Shown here: piece after piece, positions 18,010 through 26,088 of the stretch | Numbering within the stretch: position 1 is the stretch's first letter | Layout: each line of letters starts with the position of its first letter | NCBI GenBank assembly: GCA_045643945.1 | Contig: JAZRGA010000009.1 | Coordinates: forward strand, 1,190-65,189 | Length of the DNA stretch: 64,000 bases | Source: Eubacteriales bacterium | Lineage (GTDB): Bacteria; Bacillota; Clostridia; Oscillospirales; CAG-272 | Direction of reading: 5' to 3' | Program-made: the position numbers and the translations under genes | The notes under the pieces: generated by a model | Told to the model about the DNA's origin: nothing | Database searches by the model: none | The model's input: only the letters and a program-made list of their open reading frames with translations

Positions 18010-18645
18010 TTACTTTTTATTTTTCTGCTCGACCTCTTTACGGAGGGCGTCGATTTGTGCTTGGATATCCTCCATTGTGCTATCGGCATCATCGCCCTTA
18101 AGACTTGCAATCTCCTGCTTGATTTTAGTAAGCTCGGCTTGGTCTTGCTCTTTCTCTTTCTTGGTGGAAAGATACAAAAGCATCGCAATTATCAATATCG
18201 AAAGCATTATTATAAGCGGTGACTGCATTATGCTGACGAACGGTCCGAGTCCCGCAAAGTTCTTTACTACCTTACCGATAATATATCTCTCCTGAAGCGG
18301 CATATCGTCCTTTGAGTTACCGATATAATCACCCTTAGTTACAAACGTTCCGTCCTCGTTTTCCTCGATAATTCGGTGTGTGACAATCATCGAGCCGTCC
18401 TCAAATGCAACTATGTCGCCGACCTTATATTCGTCCTGCGGAACAACCATAATAACGTCGCCCGTTTTAATCGTGGGGTACATACTGTCGCTCAAAACCT
18501 CTGCAAGACCGAAGCCAAGAGGCATAGGAATAGCCTTACCGACCATTGACGAGTTCCAAGAATAAATACCGAAGCCAAGCAATATGCTTATAATTACTAT
18601 GAGTATTCCTTTAATTATTATAAACTTTTTCTTTTTCATAACCAT
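18010..18645 (-). CDS. sipW: SipW-like (ER/archaeal-type, S26B) signal peptidase I, paralogue 1
   Basis: 211 aa with an N-terminal TM. SDSMYPTIKTGD is the Ser box, VTHRI the His box, and TKGDYIGNSKDD the Asp box. A second TM (LIIMLSILIIAMLLYL) is followed by a charged coiled-coil tail. Confidence 0.8.
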   Translation of the reverse strand: MVMKKKKFIIIKGILIVIISILLGFGIYSWNSSMVGKAIPMPLGFGLAEVLSDSMYPTIKTGDVIMVVPQDEYKVGDIVAFEDGSMIVTHRIIEENEDGTFVTKGDYIGNSKDDMPLQERYIIGKVVKNFAGLGPFVSIMQSPLIIMLSILIIAMLLYLSTKKEKEQDQAELTKIKQEIASLKGDDADSTMEDIQAQIDALRKEVEQKNKK

Positions 18646-18720
18646 TGACCTCTTTTTTTATCTTTTAAACGTCCCCGAAAAATCGGGAGCATTTGAAAAA
18701 CAAAAAAAACAAATTTCTAT

Positions 18721-18760
18721 AAAAACGAGGTGACCACCTCGCCACCAAGGCGGTCACCCG
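18721..18760 (-). terminator. rho-independent terminator after the TasA-like gene P2
   Basis: Minus-strand GGTGACC-gccttggtggcgaggt-GGTCACC followed by TCGTTTTT. Confidence 0.7.
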
Positions 18761-18819
18761 TTTTATTATTTAGAAGTTAATTTTTAATTAAAATAAATGT
18801 TTTAATTTAAAATTAGTTG

Positions 18820-19608
18820 TTAGGGCTGAGCAGTGTAAGTATCAACCTGCTGTGCTTCTACGCTGAAAGAAATCTGAATTGTAGGATCATCCTGTGTATC
18901 AGTGTTTGCCGCAGCATCACCAAGCAAGGAATCTTTCTCATTATCAATATTATTATCAGCAGACTCATCAAAATCCCAACGCCAACTTACAGCAACACCA
19001 TCGTTAGCAGCACTATTCACCGGGGTATTAGGAGCATAAGTCTTAATATACTCACTATCTCCATTAGCAGTAGGAACTTCACCAAGTATAGCAGTAACGA
19101 TAGCGTTTTCAACAGCCGTTTCGAAGGCTGCCATGCTAGTATAGTCCATACCATCATATTCAGTACCATCTACAGTGATGATAAGAGGACAATAATACGT
19201 CTTAGATGCACTCTCGCCAACTTCCCAACCACTAAGAGCAAGATTAGCCTTAACAATAAGCTGATATGCTACTTCAGGCTGACCCTCAACTTTAATAGCA
19301 AAAGCATCAGACGCATTAGATGTTCCAGGAGCAACAACAATTGCATCGGAATGTCCCTCAACAGAAAGATCACCCTCACCATCGTATGAGTTAAGGAAGA
19401 GTTTGATGTTCTTATCTTCATCGAGTTCAGACGTAGCAGGAGCAGTAGCAGTTATAGTCAAGCCCCACTTTGCTGCTCGAGCCATGTTAGATGCAACTTC
19501 TTTTTCAGCAGTTACATACTTAGCAAAAGTGCTTGAAATAGCGCAAGTTGTGAGAAGAACAGCAACCATAAGTACGGAAGCGATCTTTAACATAACATTC
19601 TTTTTCAT
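18820..19608 (-). CDS. secreted TasA/camelysin-like protein P2 with a SipW-cognate-like signal peptide
   Basis: 262 aa. The N-terminus MKKNVMLKIASVLMVAVLLTTCAISSTFA|KYVTAEKEVASNMARAAKWGL has T-x-A at -3/-1. Further in are VAPGTSNASDAFAIKVEG..EVAYQLIV. Strong RBS AAAGGAGAA. Codon usage is visibly different from the neighbouring genes. The family assignment rests on motif and context only. Confidence 0.6.
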   Translation of the reverse strand: MKKNVMLKIASVLMVAVLLTTCAISSTFAKYVTAEKEVASNMARAAKWGLTITATAPATSELDEDKNIKLFLNSYDGEGDLSVEGHSDAIVVAPGTSNASDAFAIKVEGQPEVAYQLIVKANLALSGWEVGESASKTYYCPLIITVDGTEYDGMDYTSMAAFETAVENAIVTAILGEVPTANGDSEYIKTYAPNTPVNSAANDGVAVSWRWDFDESADNNIDNEKDSLLGDAAANTDTQDDPTIQISFSVEAQQVDTYTAQP

Positions 19609-19704
19609 AGTATCAAAATTCTCCTTTATAGATTTTTTTGAAATAGGTCATATTTTATCGTTCTCAAATGTGGCGGGAGAACGTAATGCCTCATAAATAA
19701 TTAA

Positions 19705-20598
19705 TTATTCTTTCGAATTTTCGTCTACGGGCTTGTCTGCCTCGGTAGCGTTTTCGGAAGAATCGTTTTCAGGTACGCCTGCACCCTCGGCAGCCGCCTT
19801 TGCCGCCTTAAGAGCCTCGAGCTCTGCAAGAAGCGCGTTCATATCCTGCGCCTTGCTCTTGTCCTTCTTCTTTCTGCTTATAAACTCATAAGCTATGAAC
19901 AAAAGAAGCGGAACCGCTATACAAATTACCCAGCCCCAAGTGGTCTGCATAAACATTGAAACCTTACCAACGAAAGGAACTCTTGTGTAGGTGTATGCAC
20001 CAACCAGCTCCTTATCAGTAAGCTCAACGGGCTTGGAGTCCTTATGTCCATCGTAAACTACGTATTCATACTCGGGACGCTTCTCGTCCTTAATGATTGT
20101 AGCCTTATTCTCAACCTCTGCAAGCAATCCGTCGGGATTGTTCTTGTCGTTACGAGCATTTGCGCGATCTCTTTCGTAATCGTTGCTTGCGTTGAAGTCA
20201 CCGGCAGTCGTTGCATATCTTACACCGTCTTTTTCTTCAATTGCGATAACACGGTGGGTTAAGATTGCATCTGTGGGGCTTGAGGGGTCAAAGAACGAAA
20301 TTACGTCGCCTACGTTAACGCTATCGGGGTCGCAAGCCTGAGCGATGATTATGTCACCCTCCTCTATAAGCGGGCTCATAGATGGCGAAAGAACAATCAT
20401 AGGCGTATATCCAAACAAGGACGGCGGTTTATCGGGCTGGGTAAATCCAACAACGATAAGCGCACAGTTTATAATAAGTATCGGAACTAAGATTACGCAA
20501 AGGACTATGCCGATTATAAGCGAAACCTTGTTGCCCGTCGTACTCGGCTCTTTTTCTTTGGTCTTTGCAACCGAATTCTTGTTAGCATTGTTGTTCAT
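19705..20598 (-). CDS. sipW: SipW-like (S26B) signal peptidase I, paralogue 2, with an insertion and a long C-terminal tail
   Basis: 297 aa. LSPSMSPLIEEGD is the Ser box, LTHRV the His box, and TAGDFNASND the Asp box (KGD reads AGD). A roughly 55-aa charged insertion precedes VPFVGKV. The C-terminal TM WGWVICIAVPLLLFIAYEFI is followed by an Ala/Glu-rich tail. Confidence 0.75.
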   Translation of the reverse strand: MNNNANKNSVAKTKEKEPSTTGNKVSLIIGIVLCVILVPILIINCALIVVGFTQPDKPPSLFGYTPMIVLSPSMSPLIEEGDIIIAQACDPDSVNVGDVISFFDPSSPTDAILTHRVIAIEEKDGVRYATTAGDFNASNDYERDRANARNDKNNPDGLLAEVENKATIIKDEKRPEYEYVVYDGHKDSKPVELTDKELVGAYTYTRVPFVGKVSMFMQTTWGWVICIAVPLLLFIAYEFISRKKKDKSKAQDMNALLAELEALKAAKAAAEGAGVPENDSSENATEADKPVDENSKE

Positions 20599-20662
20599 CG
20601 GTATTAACTTTTCTCCTGTGTTTTTATGTTATTTAAAGGCAATTTGCATTTCAACCAAGTAT

Positions 20663-20686
20663 AAGGATGATATCGATATCACCCTT
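20663..20686 (-). promoter_or_regulatory. 24-nt near-perfect palindrome in the sipW2 5' UTR
   Basis: Minus-strand AAGGGTGATATC|GATATCATCCTT with one G-U position. It lies between the predicted TSS (about 20714) and the start codon at 20598. Confidence 0.4.
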
Positions 20687-20720
20687 ACTTGTCTGCGCCT
20701 GTCTTTTCTTCGTTGTAATG

Positions 20721-20749
20721 ATTATACCATTTTTTCACATAGTTGTCAA
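20721..20749 (-). promoter_or_regulatory. consensus sigma-A promoter of sipW2-P2
   Basis: TTGACA (20749..20744), 17-nt spacer ending in TGG, TATAAT (20726..20721). Confidence 0.75.
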
Positions 20750-20909
20750 TAGCTTTTTTAATAATTTTTCACAAAATTTTCATTGTCTTGGTTATTATTT
20801 TGGCAATAAGCGCATACGGTGCTATTTTGCGGCAAAAATTGTGTTCGTTTTGTGAAGATGGGGGATACAACAGAATTGCCATAACGGCATTATATAATTA
20901 ATGTAGAAA

Positions 20910-21125
20910 TTATTCTTCCCCGCCCTTGTCCTTTTTCAACACCTTACGCGTTCCGTCTGGGTATTCGATGACGGTATTATCGAGGATTGCGCCGAAAGAG
21001 AGTCTAATTTCGTTGATGTACTCTTGATGCAACGCCGCGCGCTCGATTGCTTCTTCCTCGGTGAGCGTTCCCTCTTTCTTCTTTTTTGCGAGCGCGTTTA
21101 TTCTGTCAAGCTTTGCTTGTTCCAT
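20910..21125 (-). CDS. DUF896 / UPF0291 (YnzC-like) small protein
   Basis: MEQAKLDRINALAKKKKEGTLTEEEAIERAALHQEYI. Start moved to ATG 21125, 6 nt after the AAGGAG RBS. The ORF-track TTG at 21149 is unlikely to be the start. Confidence 0.75.
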   Translation of the reverse strand: MEQAKLDRINALAKKKKEGTLTEEEAIERAALHQEYINEIRLSFGAILDNTVIEYPDGTRKVLKKDKGGEE

Positions 21126-21218
21126 TTTTATCTCCTTAACATTTTCCAAGCCTCCCTTATTTATACGTCGCTTATATCGCCATATATAATATAAGGAAGG
21201 CTTTATTTTATTTTTAAA

Positions 21219-23009
21219 TTATTTAATCTCCTCAAAATCGGCTGCGGGGTGCTTACATATCGGGCAAACGATATCGTCGGGCAATTTATCTCCCTCATAA
21301 ACCCAGCCGCAGATTTTGCAGACGTAGCCTTTCTTTCCGTCGGTTTCGGGCTTCGGCTTTACGTTCTCCAAATAATAATTATACGTCATCGTTTCTCTAT
21401 CCGAGATAACGCGCGCCTCGGTTACCGAGCAAATAAACATTCCATGCGTTCCGAGGTCGACGTACTGCTCTACCTTGAGCGAAATAAGCGAATTGATATA
21501 TTTATCAAGAAGAACGAGTCCGTTATCACTTCTCAAAGGCGTCACGCCCTCGAATTTATCGGCATTTCGTCCACTCTTAAATCCAAAATTCTCAAACACC
21601 GAGAAAGGCGCGTCGACCGACAAGCAGTTGACGTTCATCTTTCCGCTCTGCTTAATTACATGATGCGAATAGCTATCCTTATTTATAGTTACGCCTATTC
21701 TGTTAGGTGTATTCGTGAGCTGTGTTATCGCATTAACCACGATGCCGTTATCACGCTTACCGTCATTTGAGGTAACGACGTAAAGACCGTAGCCAATCTT
21801 AAAGAGCGCAGAAAGGTCATTCTTATTTGCAAGCTCGGAATCGTGCGCTATATATTCCTGACAAAGCTCCTCTGCAAGCGCTTCGATTTCGTCCTTATTT
21901 TCGTTATTAATAGCCGACATAATTCTTACGCCCGCCTCTGTGTAAGTAATATTCTTGCACTCGGAAAGCATATTTTTCATAACCTTTGTTGCAAGCGGCG
22001 CCCAGCTACCGTTTTCGATAAATCCTATCGTTCTGTTTTGGTAGCTTCTTTCGGTTAAAGCCGAAATAAACGTTCTCATAAACGGGAAAATATCGGCATT
22101 ATAGGTTGTTGTAGCGAGGACAAGCTTACCGTATCTGAATGCGTCCTCAACCGCCTCTGCCATATCCTCTCTTGCAAGGTCGCAAACTACAACCTTAGGG
22201 CAGCACTTTTCCTTAAGCTTCTGTGCAAGAAGCTCAACCGCTTTTTTGGTATTTCCGTAAACCGAGGTATATGCTATCATTATGCCCTCGCTTTCGGGAC
22301 GGTAAGAGGACCAGGTATTATAAAGGTCGAGATAATATCCGAGATTTTCGGTAAGCACAGGACCGTGAAGCGGGCAGATTATTTCGATATCAAGTCCTGC
22401 GGCTTTCTTCAAAAGCGACTGAACCTGCGCGCCGTATTTTCCTACGATGCCGAAATAATATCTTCTTGCCTCGCACGCCCATTCCTCGTCAACGTCAAGC
22501 GCACCGAACTTTCCAAAGCCGTCTGCCGAGAAAAGTATTTTATCAAGCGAATCATACGTTACGATAACCTCGGGCCAATGCACCATTGGTGCGGTTACAA
22601 AGGTAAGGGTATGCTCACCGAGTGAAAGCGTGCTTCCCTCGCCTACCTCGATTGCTCTATCTGCGTAATCTGTGCCGAAGAAGTTATTCATCATAACAAA
22701 AGCCTTTTTCGAGGAAACTATCTGCGTTGTGGGATAGTTCTTCATAAAGCGGTCTATATTTGCCGAGTGGTCGGGCTCCATATGTTGAACGATAAGATAA
22801 TCGGGCGCTTTGCCGCCAAGCTCTCTTTCGATATTATCAAGCCACTCGTGCGTAAAGCGAGCGTCTACCGTATCGATAACTGCGGTTTTCTTATCGAGAA
22901 TGACGTAAGAGTTATAAGCCATTCCATTGGGAACAACGTATTGTCCCTCAAAAAGATCGATGCTATGGTCATTAACACCGACGTATTTTACGGAATTAGT
23001 TATTTTCAT
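21219..23009 (-). CDS. multidomain flavodiiron protein (diiron MBL-like + flavodoxin + flavin-reductase-like + rubredoxin)
   Basis: HMEPDHS diiron ligands, flavodoxin block IAYTSVYGNTKK, flavin-reductase-like block YVVTSNDGKRDNGIVVNA, and a C-terminal rubredoxin CKICGWVY...CPICKH. Start moved to MKITNSVKYVGV (ATG 23009) behind an AAGGAAG RBS. Confidence 0.85.
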   Translation of the reverse strand: MKITNSVKYVGVNDHSIDLFEGQYVVPNGMAYNSYVILDKKTAVIDTVDARFTHEWLDNIERELGGKAPDYLIVQHMEPDHSANIDRFMKNYPTTQIVSSKKAFVMMNNFFGTDYADRAIEVGEGSTLSLGEHTLTFVTAPMVHWPEVIVTYDSLDKILFSADGFGKFGALDVDEEWACEARRYYFGIVGKYGAQVQSLLKKAAGLDIEIICPLHGPVLTENLGYYLDLYNTWSSYRPESEGIMIAYTSVYGNTKKAVELLAQKLKEKCCPKVVVCDLAREDMAEAVEDAFRYGKLVLATTTYNADIFPFMRTFISALTERSYQNRTIGFIENGSWAPLATKVMKNMLSECKNITYTEAGVRIMSAINNENKDEIEALAEELCQEYIAHDSELANKNDLSALFKIGYGLYVVTSNDGKRDNGIVVNAITQLTNTPNRIGVTINKDSYSHHVIKQSGKMNVNCLSVDAPFSVFENFGFKSGRNADKFEGVTPLRSDNGLVLLDKYINSLISLKVEQYVDLGTHGMFICSVTEARVISDRETMTYNYYLENVKPKPETDGKKGYVCKICGWVYEGDKLPDDIVCPICKHPAADFEEIK

Positions 23010-23064
23010 AGTTTTTTCTTCCTTATTTATATAATATATTATTAATACAGTTATTAACGTATAT

Positions 23065-23093
23065 ATTATAGCATTTTTTGCTTGCGGTGTCAA
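23065..23093 (-). promoter_or_regulatory. consensus sigma-A promoter of the flavodiiron gene
   Basis: TTGACA (23093..23088), 17-nt spacer, TATAAT (23070..23065). Confidence 0.7.
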
Positions 23094-23130
23094 TAACGTA
23101 AATATTTTTTGAAAAAATTTCAAAATTCTA

Positions 23131-23159
23131 TTGACAATACGGGGTTAATATGATATACT
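23131..23159 (+). promoter_or_regulatory. sigma-A promoter of ylxM-ffh
   Basis: TTGACA (23131-36), 17-nt spacer, TATACT (23154-59). Confidence 0.7.
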
Positions 23160-23203
23160 TGTAAAGTATTTTGCTTTACAGCTAATTAAGTTGAAAGGCG
23201 GCT

Positions 23204-23551
23204 TTGAATATTTTTATGTTTGAAAAAAATTTAGAGCTTGGTTATTTGCTTGATTTTTACGGAGAGCTTCTTTCCGAAAGAAAGCGCGCTGTTATGGATA
23301 TGTACTACAACGAGGATTTATCGCTTTCGGAGATTGCCTCGGAAATTGGTATTTCACGTCAAGGAGCGCGCGATATAATTAAAAAATGCGAGGAAGAATT
23401 GTTATTTTTCGAGGAAAAGCTTGGTCTTGCGCAGAAAATGCAGAGCGTTTCAAGATGCGCCACAGAGTTAAAGGAGTTATCCTCAAGGCTTTCGCTCCCC
23501 TCCGAGCTTCAAGAAAAGCTTGACGAGTTGATTTTAACCGTTGAAAAATAA
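23204..23551 (+). CDS. ylxM: YlxM/UPF0122 putative DNA-binding protein upstream of ffh
   Basis: LLDFYGELLSERKRAVMDMYYNEDLSLSEIASEIGISRQGARD. The start is ambiguous: TTG 23204 or ATG 23216. Confidence 0.85.
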   Translation: MNIFMFEKNLELGYLLDFYGELLSERKRAVMDMYYNEDLSLSEIASEIGISRQGARDIIKKCEEELLFFEEKLGLAQKMQSVSRCATELKELSSRLSLPSELQEKLDELILTVEK

Positions 23552-23641
23552 TTTTTCGAGCAATAGCCTGAATAAACATTTGCAATTTACCAAATATAAC
23601 AGATATAAAACAAAAAATCAATAAGAATCAGGAGGTAGGAT

Positions 23642-24979
23642 ATGTTCCAAAGCTTAAGCGAAAAGCTTGAAAATGCCTTCCGCAAGTTCAGAAACAAAGG
23701 AAAGCTTACCGAGTCCGACATCAAGGCGGGAATGCGTGAGATAAAGCTTGCGCTTCTCGAGGCCGACGTAAATTTTAAGGTCGTTAAGGATTTTATAAGC
23801 AGTGTATCCGCTCGCGCAGTTGGCGCTGACGTGCTTGAATCGTTACTCCCTGCTCAGCAGATAGTTAAAATCGTAAACGAGGAGCTTACCGCTATAATGG
23901 GCGGCTCACAGTCAAAGCTCACTATTTCCTCAAGACCTCCGACGATCGTTATGATGGTCGGTCTTCAGGGTGCGGGTAAAACCACTCACGCAGGAAAGCT
24001 TGCAGGTCTTTACAAAAAGCAGGGCAAAAATCCTTTGCTCGTTGCGTGTGATATTTACCGTCCTGCGGCTATTAAGCAGCTTGAAATCGTTGGTGAGAAG
24101 CTGGGTATTCCCGTATTTACTCTCGGCGACAAGGTATCCCCCGTTAAAATTGCGGAGGAAGGTATAAAATACGCAAACCAAAAGGGCTACGATATGGTAT
24201 TTATCGATACCGCGGGCCGTTTGCATATAGACGAGGCTCTTATGAAGGAGCTTCAAGACATTAAATCTAAGGTTGCGCCTACCGAAATATTGCTCACAAT
24301 AGATGCGATGATAGGTCAGGATGCGGTTAACGTCGCAAGCACATTTAACGATTTGCTTGACGTTACGGGCGTTATCCTTACAAAGCTCGACGGTGATACC
24401 CGAGGCGGCGCGGCTCTCTCTGTTCGTCACGTTACGGGCAAGCCAATAAAGTTTATCGGTGTCGGTGAAAAGCTTGATGCTATCGAGCCCTTCCACCCCG
24501 ACAGAATGGCGTCGAGAATTCTCGGTATGGGCGACGTGCTTTCGCTTATTGAAAAGGCGGAGCAGGCTTATGACGAGAAAAAGGCGGCAGAGCTTGAGAA
24601 GAAGATACGCGAATCAACCTTTACCCTCGACGATTATCTCGAGCAGTTCTCGCAGATAAAGAATATGGGTAATATGGAGCAGCTTATGGCTATGATGCCG
24701 GGTATGAAGTCGAATGCTCTTAAGGATGCAAAAATCGACGAAAAGGCTCTTGCACATCAAGAAGCAATCATCAAAGCGATGACAAAGCGCGAGCGTGAGA
24801 AGCCCGATATTCTCAATGCGTCACGCAAAAAGAGAATTGCGGCAGGTAGCGGTACGACGGTTGAGGAGGTCAATAAGCTCCTTAAGCAGTTCGAGCAGAT
24901 TCGCGCCTTTATGAAGCAGTTCTCTGACCCCAAAAAGCTTTCTAAGCTTGGCAGAGGAAAGATGAAAATTCCGTTCTAA
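23642..24979 (+). CDS. ffh: signal recognition particle protein Ffh
   Basis: GTPase motifs GLQGAGKTT, DTAGR and TKLDGD, plus a Met-rich M domain (MAMMPGM). Confidence 0.95.
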   Translation: MFQSLSEKLENAFRKFRNKGKLTESDIKAGMREIKLALLEADVNFKVVKDFISSVSARAVGADVLESLLPAQQIVKIVNEELTAIMGGSQSKLTISSRPPTIVMMVGLQGAGKTTHAGKLAGLYKKQGKNPLLVACDIYRPAAIKQLEIVGEKLGIPVFTLGDKVSPVKIAEEGIKYANQKGYDMVFIDTAGRLHIDEALMKELQDIKSKVAPTEILLTIDAMIGQDAVNVASTFNDLLDVTGVILTKLDGDTRGGAALSVRHVTGKPIKFIGVGEKLDAIEPFHPDRMASRILGMGDVLSLIEKAEQAYDEKKAAELEKKIRESTFTLDDYLEQFSQIKNMGNMEQLMAMMPGMKSNALKDAKIDEKALAHQEAIIKAMTKREREKPDILNASRKKRIAAGSGTTVEEVNKLLKQFEQIRAFMKQFSDPKKLSKLGRGKMKIPF

Positions 24980-25045
24980 TTCGGATTTTTATAAATAAAA
25001 TAAAAAAATAAAAAATAAAACATTATAATTTTGGAGGAAACAAAA

Positions 25046-25285
25046 ATGGCAGTAAAAATGAGACTTAGAAGAATGGGCGCAAAGAAGGCTCCCACCTACC
25101 GCGTTATTATCGCTGATAGCCGTTCTCCCAGAGACGGTCGCTTCATCGAGGAGATTGGTTACTTCAACCCCCGCACAGATGAAATCAAAATCGACGCAGA
25201 AAAGGCTAAGACTTGGATAAAGAACGGAGCTCAGCCCACTGACACCGTTCGTGCGCTTCTTAAAAAGTCAAGTATCGTTGACTAA
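25046..25285 (+). CDS. rpsP: 30S ribosomal protein S16
   Basis: [35 protein letters not shown]. The ORF-track TTG at 25031 is really the GGAGG RBS. Confidence 0.93.
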   Translation: MAVKMRLRRMGAKKAPTYRVIIADSRSPRDGRFIEEIGYFNPRTDEIKIDAEKAKTWIKNGAQPTDTVRALLKKSSIVD

Positions 25286-25307
25286 TTCTTTTTACGGGTG
25301 ATTTCTG

Positions 25308-25544
25308 ATGACAGATTTAAAGGAAATGTTGAGTGGTATTGCTAAGGCAATCGTAGACTCCCCCGAGGACGTTACCGTTATCGAAGCGGTTGACGGAAAA
25401 AGAGTTAATCTTACGTTAAGCGTTGCCGAGGATGATATGGGTATGGTTATCGGTAAGCACGGAAAAATAGCAAAGGCTATCCGTAGCATTATGAAAACCG
25501 CCGCAATCGCAGACGGCAAAGAGGTTAACGTAGAAATAAGATAA
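25308..25544 (+). CDS. KH-domain RNA-binding protein (YlqC/UPF0109)
   Basis: 78 aa with VIGKHGKIAKAIRSI (a GxxG KH motif). In the conserved position after rpsP. Confidence 0.85.
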   Translation: MTDLKEMLSGIAKAIVDSPEDVTVIEAVDGKRVNLTLSVAEDDMGMVIGKHGKIAKAIRSIMKTAAIADGKEVNVEIR

Positions 25545-25557
25545 GCGTTACATCAAT

Positions 25558-25595
25558 AGGGTGGACCGTTCAAGCGGTACACCCTGTTATTTTTA
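25558..25595 (+). terminator. rho-independent terminator after the KH gene
   Basis: AGGGTG...CACCCT with inner ACCG/CGGT pairing, followed by GTTATTTTT. Confidence 0.75.
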
Positions 25596-25626
25596 CTATA
25601 ATTTACTATAACAATAACAAAATAAA

Positions 25627-26088
25627 ATGAACGAACAATTAAAATTATCACAGTTAACAATATCTGCGCAATCTGTATCTATTATAAACGGATTGATAAA
25701 CGCCGCAGAAAAATTTATGAATAGCTTTAATCAAAGCGAGCTTTTAATCTCATTTTCCAATCGCAACAGTACCGAAAAATGCAAGGAATACGAGATGAAA
25801 TACCTTTCGTTTTTTTCGCAAATATCACCTATGATATCCGAATTGTCCTCTTTGAACGCTCGACTCGCTTCCCTTATTATAAAATCGGACAAAGCGATGG
25901 AAATAGAGCTTACGGCGCTTTGCGAGAGCAAATTTAACGCATTCGAGGCATTTGAGCGCACGCTTTACGAATATATTGAGGCTATGGAGGCATCATTTGA
26001 ACGCTCGAGCGCCACTCCCCTTTCGATAGTAAATTCAACGCAAAGGCTGGTAAACGCACTCAAGGCATTAAAAGAAATAAACCTTTAA
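25627..26088 (+). CDS. hypothetical helical protein (153 aa)
   Basis: Clean ORF with no motif I recognise. Predicted all-helical. Its stop overlaps the convergent GT4 gene by 4 nt. Confidence 0.5.
   Translation: MNEQLKLSQLTISAQSVSIINGLINAAEKFMNSFNQSELLISFSNRNSTEKCKEYEMKYLSFFSQISPMISELSSLNARLASLIIKSDKAMEIELTALCESKFNAFEAFERTLYEYIEAMEASFERSSATPLSIVNSTQRLVNALKALKEINL

Noticed and set aside
17920-18222. A 100-aa plus ORF with a plausible AAGGAG RBS 9 nt upstream of its ATG.
   Set aside because: It reads straight through a strong bidirectional terminator hairpin (17971-17993). It then continues only because it is the codon-aligned shadow frame of sipW1. The product is low-complexity.
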